From the human T2T-CHM13v2.0 reference genome, Homo sapiens, in assembly GCF_009914755.1 (NCBI RefSeq), contig NC_060936.1: a stretch of 64,000 nt of DNA; one strand, written 5' to 3'. The notes under the pieces were generated by a model, which saw only the letters and a program-made list of their open reading frames with translations, was not told the DNA's origin and did no database searches. A program made the translations under genes and the position numbers. This document shows, one piece after another, positions 42,479-55,336 of the stretch (the stretch's first letter is position 1; each line of letters opens with the position of its first letter).

Positions 42479-42688
42479 CAAGGGTAGGCAAACTACAGCC
42501 TGCAGGCTGAATGAAACCAGGCCTATTTTTGCAAATAAAGTTTTATTGGAACACAGCCACTCCCATTCTTTGATTGCCTATAACTGTTTCACACTGCAGT
42601 GACAGAGTAGTTGAGATAGAGACCATATCTTGCAAAGCCTCAAATATTTACTATAAGACCCTTTGCAGAAATAGCTTGCTGACTTCTA
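42479..42688 (+). mobile_element. MER58A
   Basis: ggcaaactacagcctgcaggc...aaataaagttttattggaacacagcca. 8-bp TSD ctctagag / ctttagag. Confidence 0.9.
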
Positions 42689-44478
42689 CTTTAGAGCATC
42701 AGGTAACCCTTAGGTGGTATTGATAGGCCATGGTTCTGCATGACTTTGAAAAAGCACACGGTCACCTTTTTGCTGCATTTCCAACTTTTGAATAGTTTTT
42801 CTTAATATAACTATGTTATAAGTAAAAGGCTAAAAGTTGCAAACAGGTTTTTGGCCATCTTTTTTGTATGCTGGTCTTGTCCCTCACTTTGGAATTTGAA
42901 AATAGTTGGAATTCTCAGCTGAAACTGATATGTAATAGTTCCATATAGATATTATATTGAAATATTATCCCAAATAACTTATGACTTGGTTTTGGAGATC
43001 ATGATTTTGTGTTTCATTAAATTAAAATTTCTCAAAACTTACAAAAAATTACCATTTTTTTTCTTGGAATTGGCAATCAGTGAAAATTGGAGGCGGCAGT
43101 AACAGCATCTGATTCAAGATAATTGTTGAAAATAATTTAGCTTCAAATTTTTTGTCATTTTGATTTTAGCTTTCATTGGGAAAGCAGTTACAATTTGGTA
43201 TTAATTAAATTTAATATTACTGAATCTAGTTTTCTACTGCTCATTTTCAGATAGTTTTGTCAGATGGCTATGGTGTTTATTGGCAAGCAACTGAATACCA
43301 TTTTTTGGTGATTTCTTTTTAGAGATATGTATTTGTTTTTAAGTCATAATTTAGTTTCTAATGATGCATTAGTTGTGTCTCTTTCCTTAGAAGTAGCTTG
43401 ACAATGGGGGAATTTGGTGATGGAATAGATTTACTTAGCTACATCTGTATTTTCCTGGGCAGCTCATTTAACTTATGTGCTCCTTTTCGTAAGTGTTCAA
43501 TAGGGAAAACAACAAGAGATGTGGTCTCACTTAACCTCCACCATATTTGAGACATGCTTCATCAACTGTGAATTTCTGAGCCAATGTTAGTTGTGTTATT
43601 ATTGGTGACAGCAGGAATTTGAGAATTGTTCCAGCTATATTTTACCCAGTTAGATCAATCGATACATCTCAGGCTCTGTTGGTTGTAGAACTTGGTTATC
43701 ACTTTCTCCAGTGTCCCTTCTCAGATCTCCTAGGATTGTGGTTAGGAATTGGCCTGTTTGCTTATCTCTACCTTACTTCAAAGCACCATGTGTCTTTTTT
43801 TGGTTTTTCCGATAGATTGTCAACTCCTTAAAGACACAATTCTACCCCTTATAAATACCTGGAATTTGTGTCTAGTATTGGTTTATGGCTTAATAGTTTG
43901 TATTAGATAGAAATATAAAAAGGCAGACAACATGAATTAGACAAAGATATCTAATTGCAAAGCAAAAGATACTTGGACTTATAAAAAGTCCTTCCCCTAA
44001 CAAAACAAAACAGAACAACAAAAACCTGACAGTTAAATGGTAGAAAAATGCTATTGCTTATTAGAACTCAATGAAACTGGGAGCGGGGCTGAATGGGTGG
44101 GGTGTGGGCAGAGAGCAAATAGGCATACCATGAAATAGCATACAAGGTGCTTCGTGATTGCCTTAATGTTCATGGCAAGACTTCTGTTTCTTTTGGTAGC
44201 CTTTCATTTAATACAATACTATTATGAAAGAGTTAAGTATGAAAGAGTTAAGTATAACATGTGCTGTGGAGGCATCTGACTTAAGACCTAGTTCACACCA
44301 TAGTTCCAGTGGGGGGTTTAGAGATCTGGAAGCTTTAAAGGCTTTCTGATTAGCTTCTTGGAAAGTACTATAAACCCTACCTTGGTCATAACAGGACGAA
44401 TGAAAATAAAGTCACTTGGGATATACGTTTAAAAATTATTGGTGCTTTGTTAAAACATATAAAGTTCATGTGGAATGC

Positions 44479-44934
44479 TGTAGTGGTTCCTATTGCTGCT
44501 GTAACAATTACCACAAGCATAGTGGCTTAAAACAACACTAGAGTATTATCTTACAGTTTTGGATATCAGAAGTCCAAAATAAGTCTTACGAAACTGAAGT
44601 CAAGGCAGTGTTCCATCTAGAGGCTCTAGGAGAGAATTTGTTCCTTGTCTTTTTCAGTCTCTAGGGGCTGCCCACATTTCTTGGCTCATGACCTTCTCTG
44701 TTGTCTGCTTCTGTCCTCACACCCTCTTTTCTGAGTTTGACCCTTGTGCCTTCCTCTTAAAAGATCCTCACGATGACATTGGGCCCACCCAGACTCCAAG
44801 ATAAACTGCCCATCTCAAGATACTTAATAACATCTACAAAGTCCCTTTTGCCATGTAAAGTAACATATTTACAAAATCTGGGGATTAGGGCATGGACATC
44901 TTGGTGGTTGGGGGGCCTTATTCTGCCTGTCACA
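44479..44934 (-). mobile_element. MLT1C/D-like MaLR solo LTR
   Basis: ctgctgtaacaattaccacaa...ggcttaaaacaaca...attgggcccacccaga...aagtcccttttgccatgtaa. TSD aatgc / aatgt. Confidence 0.88.
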
Positions 44935-45079
44935 AATGTTTAGAATGCAAAACTTTTCTGGAATTCTACCACCCCAAGGGTAAACATCCTTGGAATTTTA
45001 AGTATGTCTTTTTCAGTACTTAAAAAACTATGTATTTATATATTATATATTTTTTAAAGTATGTTTTACTGTTTTATAA

Positions 45080-45213
45080 TTTTTTTAATTATTATACTTT
45101 AAGTTTTAGGGTACATGTGCACAATGTGCAGGTTAGTTACATATGTATACATGTGCCATGCTGGTGCGCTGCACCCACTAACTCGTCATCTAGCATTAGG
45201 TACATCTCCCAAT
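45080..45213 (-). mobile_element. Very short young L1 3' end (L1PA2-like)
   Basis: Near-consensus caggttagttac...gctggtgcgctgcacccactaactcgtcatctagcattagg; lacks the L1HS-Ta ACA diagnostic. Confidence 0.9.
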
Positions 45214-45286
45214 TATAAAATTATAAAAATTTATAATATGTCATAATTTTTCCTTATGAGATATCTTTTATTGAATCCTTTAAAAG

Positions 45287-46063
45287 TGAGACAAGATTGT
45301 TCCCTTGACCTTGACCCCCTTGGTGGGCAGGAACTGGAGTGGCTCATCTCACTCAGCCTGCTGCTGGCCACTCCTCACAAGGGGGAGCGTGTGAGCAAGT
45401 GAGTGCAGAAACCGGGGCAAATGAATGCTGGAACTGGCCAGTCGCTCCTCTTTGGCGGGAGCAGGCCCTGTGTAGGCCCCACAGCAACATCCAAATGTGT
45501 TACAACCATTGCTCTTTCAGCTCTGCTGTCCGAGGATGGCCAAATGCCAACCAGCTCAGTGGAGGGTCATGGTAGCCGCCCCTGCCTTCTTGGCACTAAG
45601 GTTCTTGTCTGGCATCCAGGAAGAATCAGATCACACAAACGAATTGAAGGGTAGTGTATGTGGAGGGTTTAACTGGGTGATGGAAGTGGCTCTCAGCAGG
45701 ATAGGGAGTTGGAAAGGGGATGGTGCAGGAAGAAGGTGATCTTTCCCTGAAGCCGCACCATCTGAAGTTAGCTGTGTCTATCCATAGTCTCTGATGCTCA
45801 GTTGCTTCTGTGCTCGCCACTCAGCTGCTTAAATCCCCACCACTCAGCAGCTTGTATCCCTGATGTCCAGCTGCTTTTATCCCTGATGCTCAGTTGCTTG
45901 TGTTGCTCTGCCAGCTGAAGTCTTTTTATGGGCACAGGATAGGGGCATAGCAGGCCAAAAAGGCAACATATGGGCAGAAAAATGGAATCAGCGGTTTTCA
46001 CTTAGAGCTGCAGTTCCAGGCTTAAGGGTGGGGTTTAGCTGGGAGCCCAGCCCTTCTGTATCA
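45287..46063 (-). mobile_element. ERV1 solo LTR, LTR1 group (HUERS-P-related)
   Basis: Minus strand starts tgatacagaagggctgggctcccagctaaaccccacccttaagcctggaac. ~777 bp with TG/CA ends; shares blocks with 20656-21405. Confidence 0.85.
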
Positions 46064-46839
46064 GAGGCTTTATAGTATTCCACTGTATAGATTAAAGATA
46101 ATTTAACTAATCTACCATTGATAAATATACACAATGTTCCTAGTGTTTGTTATTCAACATGCCCTTACTTGTGTTGATTTTACCATGTTTTTATGACTAC
46201 AAGAGGCCTCAACAACTGGAAAGTGTCCAAATACAAATACAGACTATGGAGGCAATAGCTACTTGCTGAATGAATGAGTGAATGAGCATATATCAGGTGT
46301 CGCTGACAACTCAAGAGGATCAAAGAATTGGTTTTCAAGTGACACGAGCTAGTTCTTGGCACTAGGCTCCATCTCCTCCTTTCCCATTACAGTGTGCTCG
46401 CACCCACTTCCACCTCTCTCACCTCTTCCACTGGCCATGAGAACCAAAGACCCCTTATTCATTTTGGTGGGCGACACAGCTTCACAACTCCTTGCTGCTT
46501 AATGTAATTCTCTTCCAATTCCCTCGAAGCTCCACTACAAACATATCAAAATGAATATAATCAAAATCTGCACCAAATCTTTCTAAATTCTAGCAATCCC
46601 TGCTTTAGAAATATAATCGATTGGGTTCATGGTAAATTATAGGAGGCAAAACTCTTAACCATTCTTCCATAGGATAATTTTATCATTTCAGAATTGTACT
46701 TTTGCAGCTAAAACAGGACAGAACATATTCTTTAGATTTTATCACAGACTTTCAACATTTTGAGACATACGTAATAATGAAGTCCCTGATGTTACTCATC
46801 AATGTGGCTAGTAAGAGCAAAAATGAATTGCTCTTCTAA

Positions 46840-47128
46840 TTTTTTTTTTTTTTTTGGTGACAGAGTCTCACTCTTTCATCCAGGATGAAGTGCACTGGCA
46901 CAGTTATGGCTCACTGCAACCTCTGCCTCCCAGGCTCAAGGGATCCTCTCACCTCAGCCTCCTAAGTATCTGGGACTACAGGCATGTGCCATCATGCCTG
47001 GCTAATTTTTTTGTAGAGATGGGGTTTCACCATGTTGCCCCGCCTGGTCTTGAAGTGGGCTCACGTGATCCTCCCACCTCAGCCTCCCAAAGCGCTGGGA
47101 TTACAGGCATAAGCCATTGTGCCCGGCC
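46840..47128 (-). mobile_element. AluJ
   Basis: Dimer with poly-T. Perfect TSD tgctcttctaatt (46829-46841, 47129-47141). Confidence 0.94.
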
Positions 47129-48982
47129 TGCTCTTCTAATTCTTTGTATGGTAGAGTATTGAGTATTGAGGGACAGAGAGATCACAGATACACACCACTT
47201 GGAAATTAAAACACGAAACAAACTTTTGATTAATGTTTTATTTTGTGGCAGTAATTTTTTTTTCTCTAGCAAACTTTTCATATTAACTGCTAATAAGTAT
47301 CTACATTATTTCACTTGAAGTTCATTTATATCCCCATGTCCCTTCTACACTTTGATCAGGAATTCACAGTTATCATTATGATTAATAAGCAGGAGAAGCA
47401 AAGGGTCTAGGTAAATGGGATAAATTGCCTTTGAATAACCAAGAGTTCATTTAAATCATTATTTTGATGGATGGGTGGAGACTAATCTGTTAAATTCAAG
47501 CAAAGAATCATGGTACTTTTTTTTAATAACCACAAAGTCTGCATTGCAATGTATAAATACTGAGTTTCATATGGTCTACCTTTAAATGGTATTCGAAACA
47601 GCATGGCCTTGTTACTTAAACTGAATCAACACAGCTGTCTTCTTGTTACTTCCTTTGCATTTTTAGGAAAAGATACTTTTCTGAGTCAGAAGTTTTAGCC
47701 CTTGTAGGTTGTCTGACCAGACTGTAGGTATTTACTGTGAAAATTTCATCATTCTATCTAATTGAACTTCCCAGACATTTGCAGAAGTGGGTAACTAGTT
47801 TCTTAGTACTATATAATGAATTGGATTCAGCCTAGTTCTCCAGCCCAGGTTTGTCGCAGGATGTTTCACTTTCCACTCAACAAGTCATTGCCCATTTATA
47901 CAAAGCATAGGAAGTATCTAGCACTATGCTACATGTTGCAAAGATACAAAGAAGGAAAATGGGTCCGCTTAACTGGAGGGGGTTTCCATGTTCAAAATAT
48001 ACTCTTCAACCTTGTAGGAAGGATTAAGATGAAGTGGAACAGTATGAATTTAGTTGTTAGAAAGACCTAGGTTCATATCCTGATTTTGTCATTTATAAAA
48101 CATAGATGACACCTCCATTATAGTGTGGCTGTGAGAGTTATATACAATATTAAAAACTCTCCTGGTTTAGAACCTGGCAGCTAATAGATTCTTAAAGATG
48201 CAAGTTAAAATCACTAGATTATAGGAGACCTCAGGCTATTTCCAAAATGCCCTTAGGTAGCATGTAGCAAACTTGGAAGTCTAGGCAGTTTTTTTTTCCT
48301 GAATTATTCTACTAGCCTAGTTCTGACTGTGGGAACCACAGTCTTGTCATTATTTATTTTACAACCATCTCTGGTAGAACTGGGGAAAGCTGGGTAATTT
48401 TGAAGATAATAAAAAACAATTTGTTGAAAATGACTAAAAATGAACTTTATAAGGTGTATTACAAATGGTATTTGGCAAATTGCCTGTGATAATAAATTTT
48501 AAATATCAGTCTCTAATTTCTCTTTATTAAATAAGTGATGAAAACACTTAATCTAGTATTTCTAAGAGGTAGGTCTCCATTCAGGTCTATGCTAAACTCC
48601 TTCTCATTTTGTTTTGTCTAAGTTCCACTGATTTTCTTCTTCATATTCTATTTTGCTCTATTCTAAGCTAGCCTACTCTGAACTGTCAGTTACTTGTTTT
48701 GAGGTACTTAGTGGATTGAATGGTGTTCCCCCACCTGCCAAATGGTGTGTCTACCAGAAACGTCACACTGTAACCCTATTTGGAATAAGGGATTTTGCAA
48801 ATGTAATTGTTAAGGATCTTGAGAAGAGATCATCCTGAATTAGGTTGGGCCCTAAATCCAATGATGGGTGTCTTTATTAGAAACAGAAAAGAAGCCACAG
48901 AAACACAAGAAAGAAGGCCATGTGAAGGCAGAGACAAAGATTAGAGTGATGCATCTATTGGCCAAAGAACGTCAGTTGCTTG

Positions 48983-50053
48983 TGATATGGTTTGGCTGTG
49001 TCCTCACCCAAATCTCATCTCGAATTGTAGTCCCCATGTGTTTAGATTGGATCATGGGGTCAGTTTCCCCCATGCTGTTCTCCTGATAGTGAGTGAGTTC
49101 TCAGGAGATGTGGTGGTTTTATAAGTGTCTGACATTTCACCCACCTGCACTTCTTTCTCCTGCTGCCATATGAAGAAGATCCTTGTGAGATGCGAGAGGA
49201 CCCTGGACCCCTTCGCATGACTTACAACAGGGGTGTGGCTTGCTTACCTGGCCTCCGTGTTCAAAGCCCTTGCAGGAGGGGGAGCATGCAGGCAAGTGGG
49301 TGGTAGGGCCAGGGCGAGGGCTTCTAGGCTTCAGCCCCATTGTAGCATCCAGGGGTGTGTTACAATTAATGCTCTTTTAGCAGTTGCTGTCCACAACAGC
49401 TAAGTGTTAATCAGCTCAGTGGAGAGTCAGGGTGACAGCCCTTTACACCCTGCCCTTTTGGTACTTGGGTCTTTGTCTAATGCCCAGGAAGAATCAGGTC
49501 ACATGGACTTGAAGGATGGTGAATGTGGAGGTTTTGAGTGATGGAGGTGGCTCTCAGTGGGATGGGGAACTGGAAACAGGGTGGAGTGGGAAAATCATCT
49601 TTCTCAGAAAGAGCCGTACTCCTTTCTGACCATCCAGTTGTCTCTTAGATGTTCAGACGCTTCTTCTCTTCTGTCCTTCTCTGCCACACTGCTCTGCTCC
49701 TCTGCCAGTGGAGTTTGGGATTTTTATGGGTACAGGATGTCGGAGTGTGGTGGGCCAGGGTGGTTTTGGAAAAATCAACATTCAGGTTAGAAAACACGGA
49801 TAATTGTTCTCATTTAGGGCCACGGTTTCCAGGCTTGAGGGTGGAGCCTTTGCCGGGGATCCTCCCTCTTCTACCCAGTATTTCCCTGCCTCCTGTCCAT
49901 ATCATTTGTTTCTCCTTCACCTTCTGCCATGATTGCAAGTTTCCTGAGGCCTCCCCAGCCATGCAGAACTGTGAGTCAATTAAACCTCCTTTGCTTATAA
50001 AAGACCCAGACTTGGGTAGTATCTTTATAGCAGTGTGAAAATGGACTAATATC
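48983..50053 (+). mobile_element. THE1D/MSTA-like LTR nested in MLT1
   Basis: tgatatggtttggctgtgtcc start; gaggcctccccagccatgcagaactgtgagtcaattaaacctc...atggactaat end. Degenerate TSD gcttg / gctgg. Confidence 0.88.
49186..49904 (-). mobile_element. ERV1 solo LTR (LTR1/27/28/MER52 group) nested in THE1/MST
   Basis: tgagatg...catatca ends; TSD cttg / tttg; homologous to 20656-21405. Confidence 0.88.
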
Positions 50054-50904
50054 GCTGGCAAGATCCTCCCTCAGTGTTTCCAGAAGGAACCAAAATTGCC
50101 AGCCTCTTGATTTTGAACTCCTGGGTTTCACAACTGCAAGACAAGTAATTTCTATGATTTTCAAGCCACGTAGTTTGTGGTAGTTTGTCACGTAGCCCTA
50201 GGAAGTGAATATAGGATCCTTAAGGTTGTTTGGAATTTTAGAAAATACTGCTGAAAATTCCCTTTAAGAACCAAGTCTGGTCCTTAGAATTTTAAGTGGG
50301 TTTTCTCCACCTTCACCACTGCCCCTCCTGTCCCAAGTCTCCTAATGCTATTTGCATATTCCCCTGATTAATTACTCTGCTCTTTGTTAGAGCACTGAGT
50401 TTGCCCCCACTCCCACCATTGCCTGGTGTTCTACTTGTGTGTTCCTTCATGCTTCAATTGCAGCAGTTGACAAAATTTCATTCTTTTTGGGAGAGGGAAT
50501 GGTAGATAGCTTTTTGATTGGAGGTTGAACAGAAAAGAGTCATCACCAGGGAGAACTACAGACTCTTAGTGAATGCCCATGTAGCTTGACTGCTCCAGCT
50601 AAGGATTTTTCCCCCTGCCTTTTGAGTTATATTTGCACTTGTATCCAGTTCCGGATAAAAGTGGCTGTTCTGCATAGGCGAATACTTGAGTAGTCTGGGG
50701 CTATGTAATCCTGAGGGGCTGGGGGGTAATTTCCCTAATGTCTGTGCATCAATAGTAACTGAAGGAACTGAGTCACATGGATCTGTAATTAACACGTAGG
50801 TATTTTCAGAAATAGTAAGGCAAAAGACCTTTTCACATGGGCTCTAAAGCTGTTCTTTTTGACTGATTTTTTTCTTCCAGGAAGGAGTAATGTTTTTTAA
50901 CAAA

Positions 50905-51310
50905 ATATATAGTACTCACTACATGCCAAGTACAATTCTAAGCACTCTATAAACATTAACTCATTTAATTGTCAAACAAACCTGTAAGTTAGGTGCCATT
51001 ATTATCCTCATTATACTGATGAGAAAACCCAGGTACAGAGGCATTAAATAACCTGCCCAAATTCATGTAGCTAGTAAGTGACTGAGACAGGATTGGCACC
51101 TAGACAGGGTTGCCAGATTAAATATAGAACACTCAGTTAAATTTGAATTTCAGATAAACAACAAATAATTTTCAAGTATAAGTATGTCTCAGTATTGCAT
51201 GGAACTTATACTGAATTTCAAATCTAACTCAATGTCCTGTATTTTTATTGCTAAACTTGGCAACCCTGTACCTGAGGGTTGTTTGCTCTTAACTACTACC
51301 CTACGCTGTT
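50905..51310 (-). mobile_element. MIR interrupted by MER53
   Basis: attaactcatttaatt...attatcctcattatactgatgagaaaacccaggtacagag; resumes tgctcttaactactac. Confidence 0.8.
51105..51268. mobile_element. MER53-like hAT MITE
   Basis: Perfect TIRs cagggttgcca / tggcaaccctg; internal gttaaatttgaatttcagataaacaacaaataa. Confidence 0.88.
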
Positions 51311-52248
51311 TCCTAGCTTAAAAAAAAAAAATAAAAAGAATCTTTCGGGGAGGAAAAATAAAAATTATCCAGCATGAATTGCCCTTGGTTCTGAAGTCCC
51401 AATGAGTGTTCCTAGATACAAAATTTGGTATGCTTTGTAGAGTCTATAGTATGAGCTTACTTGCTGGATCAAGCACAGGCTATTATTTTATCATGCAAGT
51501 GAGCTTGTGCTGATTTTAAAATAATCCTCTTCCTCTGAATTTATTTGTAAGAGATCAAATGTACAATTACATATGCAATGCAGTTCTTTAAGGCTTGTCT
51601 CAGAGGCACTCAAGTTTTCCATAACTAGCCTTTAATGTCGATTTGACTTTTAGGTAACACATAATAATCACTCGTCATTCCTTTTTAAAGCCCAAATTAA
51701 TTAAATGTATGTTTCTACAGTGAGTATTGTTTCTAGATTGTTTTTTCAAATTCCCAATATAAATAGCTTTTTATGTAGATAATTAAAACCATCTGCTTCC
51801 TGATAACTCAGTTATGTTTACAGCAGCCCCTTTTATTTGGGGAATTAAACTGCCATAAGTTTTTACTTCAGTGGATGAAACATCACAAAAATGCTCATGG
51901 CAGTATAATTCCTCAAAAAGAAATGGAGACTATTAAATGTTCTTGGAAAAAATTGCTTTCAGTTAATTCAGAAGGCCTTAGAGTTCTACATTTTTTCTAG
52001 GGAAACATGTTTAAGGGAGTCCTACATTTTTTCTAGGTAAACATGTTTTAGGGTTTATTCAATCAAAAAACCTAAATGAATAAATAAACGTTCTAACAAA
52101 ATTTTACATTGAAATGAAAGCTCTCAAATCACTCTATAACTAGTACTCTAGTAAAATTTCACTGAGTTTCTAAAGATATCAGAAAAATGTGGTGATATCA
52201 TAGAATATTATAAAAATCACCAAATAAGTTGAATAAATTGGGCAAGGT

Positions 52249-52249
<1 letters not shown>

Positions 52250-52286
<37 letters not shown>
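52250..52286. repeat. (CA)n microsatellite
   Basis: About 18 uninterrupted CA units. Confidence 0.97.
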
Positions 52287-52290
<4 letters not shown>

Positions 52291-53599
52291 CAAAAGCGAT
52301 ATAGGATTAACATTATAATAAATGTTTGCAGTCTCTGATTCTAATAAAGGCCTTCACCCCCAATTTCGTGTCTGAAAAAAAAAGCACCTGAATGAGTGCT
52401 CACTAGTATTTTTATGATATTTAAATTCTCTCATATTTCCTTATTGCCAAATTGGAAAACATTTCCTAAAAACCCCAGTCACATAATTTGCCATCATGGA
52501 CATATCTTTAAATGCCAGTTACATTTATTAAAAAGAGAGATCAACTTGTCAAAATAAAGGCTGAAGTTTGGTAATTAAATTGTACCATTCAAATGTTACT
52601 CAGTTCTTTTCTTCATTTCAGTCAGTTCCACATCACAAAGATGAAGCCACTTGACCCCATCTGTACTTGGGCACTTTAGAGAAATCGCTTTTAAATAGAG
52701 AAATGATATTTCTTTCATAGGAGGGTATATAAGAAGCCTTCTTGAAAATTATTCAAGAAAGCGGAGTGAAATTCTGTCCCAGCGATTGCTAACAAAGTTT
52801 GTTTTCTGTGTAATTACCAAATTTGGAATTTCTAAACTTTCATATCTCTATAGTTTGAGTGTGACATAAAAATGTTCTTATTTGAATTAAATCTTGAGGA
52901 ATGTATTATACCTACGAGATTAAATTCTTGCTCAAGCCTGTGTGGGCTGTCCAGATAGCTGTCCAGATGGCTGTCCAGAAAATTTTCAAGAAGATGCTAG
53001 TTTTTAGTAAACATGATATTGATGAAATGGGCAAACCTAGGTCTGGGGCAGCCCATCCCTGGATTGTGGACCCTTGACATGCCTGAAGTGATTGGATTGC
53101 TTAGAGAAAAAATATTTTTCTTCAGAGGAGGATGTTCCTCAGTGTGTTCAGTAAGAAATAGATTTTGAAAATTACTCGAATTTCATCTTTTAGGACAACT
53201 TTGTAATAAAATGGGGAGAAAATAAAATTGTTTTTTTTACCACAAAAATGTATGCTAACTTAGCAACTAGTAGATACTGGTCAGACATTTTCTGTTTGGA
53301 AGGTTTTTTTCCTTCATGGAGAAAATTTGTCATCACAGCAGAGTCCAAATCTGGATAAGATGAATTAATCTACAGTTTATTTTTATTTTTATTTTTTCAG
53401 GTTAAAGAGTGACTTACAAAGTCATTTATTCACTAGCTCTTCTTCAAGGCTGATCACTATGAAGTAACAACATTGCTGTTAATGCTATTAACAATGTTGC
53501 TGTTAATAAAATCAGAACAGTGAATGAAAGTATTTGCTTATGGGGACCAGGAGCCATGTGCATTTGAACCCCATATCTTAGGAGGAATCTTGGTGGTGC

Positions 53600-53928
53600 A
53601 GCAGGGCTGGTGGCTCATGACTGTAATCCCAGCACTTTGGTGGCTCATGACTGTAATCTCAGCACTCCTGAGGCAGGAGGATTGCTTGAGCCCAGGGGTT
53701 CAAGACCTGCCTGGGCAACATAGCAAGACTCTGACTCTACAAAAAACAAAAATAAACAAGTTAGCTGGGCATTGTGGCACACGCCTGTAGTCCCAGCTAC
53801 TCTAGGAGGCTGAGGCGAGAGGATCGCTTGAGTGTAGGAGGTCCAGGCTGCAGCGAGCTATGGTTGTGCGCCACTGCACTCCAGCCTGGGGGACAGAGCA
53901 AGACTCCATCTTTAAAAGAAAAAAAAAA
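53600..53928 (+). mobile_element. AluJ with internal 30-bp tandem duplication
   Basis: tggtggctcatgactgtaatc(c/t)cagcact occurs twice. TSD gaatcttggtgg at 53585 and 53933. Confidence 0.92.
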
Positions 53929-53949
53929 TCCAGAATCTTGGTGGAAGGT

Positions 53950-54412
53950 ATATCCCGCCTCTTACTGTGGAATTCAAAATTGCCACTTACTTGCTTTCTT
54001 AGTCTTCTTTGCTGCTGAGGTATAGGACAATTGAATTGCTGTTCGGATGTACTTGCTTTGAACTTTGAATTGGGCATAGGTGATGCAATGAAGTAGGGAA
54101 CTCATGTTGCTGGTGGTGGCAGCAGAGGAAGCCACACCAGTGTCCAGCGGGCAGTGTGGCAGGGCCACAGCAGCATCATCAATGTCGGGCTCTTTTGTTG
54201 GTGGCGGCACATGCTGTGGTGACTAATGTGTGGGGTGGCGCATCTGTGTCCTCACCAGACTGGTTTAGTGATGTCACTCTGAGCTGTTTTTGGAAATCCT
54301 TTGTTTCTCTCCCTCTTCCAAAATTGCACTTTCATGGCAATTTTGAGAGGTACTCAAGATCTTCTTAATACATTCCTCCTCAAGAGTGTGTTTGCAACTG
54401 AGGACCCTAATA
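53950..54412 (+). mobile_element. LTR33-like ERVL LTR remnant
   Basis: ggcagc/ggtggc-rich middle, and a 3' end (cttaatacattcctc...ttgcaactgaggacccta) similar in style to 22630-23326. Confidence 0.5.
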
Positions 54413-55336
54413 AAGCTGATATACTTTATTTACATGGTATGAGTGCTGGCAGTTAGAGTACCAGAATTTGTTATCTTTTTATTTAAAAATAAGTACCTTG
54501 TTGATGATTGTACTAAAAAGGTAGATAAGAGTGGTCATTAAATCGGACACATGTTCAAACTGTCATGTGTCATTTGGTCTCTTAGAAAAAAATGTATGCA
54601 TTGAAATGGCCATTAATAGTATGTTGAAAACAGCACTGTACTATGTTTTTGGCAATATTCGGGGTGACTGTTCAGCAATTACATTAATATAGTTTGTAGA
54701 ACAGTGAAATAACAGTTGTCATAATGTCTGAGCCTGAGTCTCCAAAGTTTTGTGACACTAAGAGAGAGGAAAGACATTTCCTAGATGCCTGGAAATGAAT
54801 TAATTTTGAGGCAATGGGTAAAAAAGTATACCTTTTTGAGGAAGGATTTTTATATCTGTAAAACAAATGAGTCAAACTTAAAATATGTATGATTCAGTTC
54901 AACTCTAAAAATCTATGATTCTGATATATGTGCTATATGTATGTATGTATATCTATGTATGCATATATATAATCTCTAAATAGCCTTTTGAATATGAAGG
55001 GAATAAATGATCTAAAAAATAAACAAGAAATCAGAATTCTCATTTTAGAAAAAAAAGAATGAGGAAATAAGTCAGATTTTTTTCAAAGATATTCACTGAA
55101 AAGGGCCATTCTACCAGAGTCCCTATGTCATTTAATTGGCTCAGATCTTTGTAATGGATTAAGTTGGCTATAGTAAAATTTTCTTGCAAATAATTTTAAC
55201 CTATTTGCGAAGGATACTTAATACTAGTGAAATCCACAAATAAAGATTTTTATTTTTAATCAAGTTTTAGAAAGAGTTTTGTTTTTTAAAGGACAAGACT
55301 CATATAATTGCATTTCCCTTTTTTTTTGTAGCCACC

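Larger units (their letters stand above)
48707..50213 (+). mobile_element. MLT1B/C-like MaLR LTR (outer host of a nested stack)
   Basis: 5' part 48707-48982 (gggccctaaatccaatga...gccatgtgaaggcagag) and 3' part ~50054-50213 (ccagaaggaacc...gccctaggaa). Confidence 0.85.

Noticed and set aside
44223-44255. 15-bp tandem repeat here, and the 12-bp x3 gctgtccaga repeat near 52946-52979, as CRISPR-like or regulatory arrays
   Set aside because: Head-to-tail slippage duplications without spacers, in a eukaryotic context.
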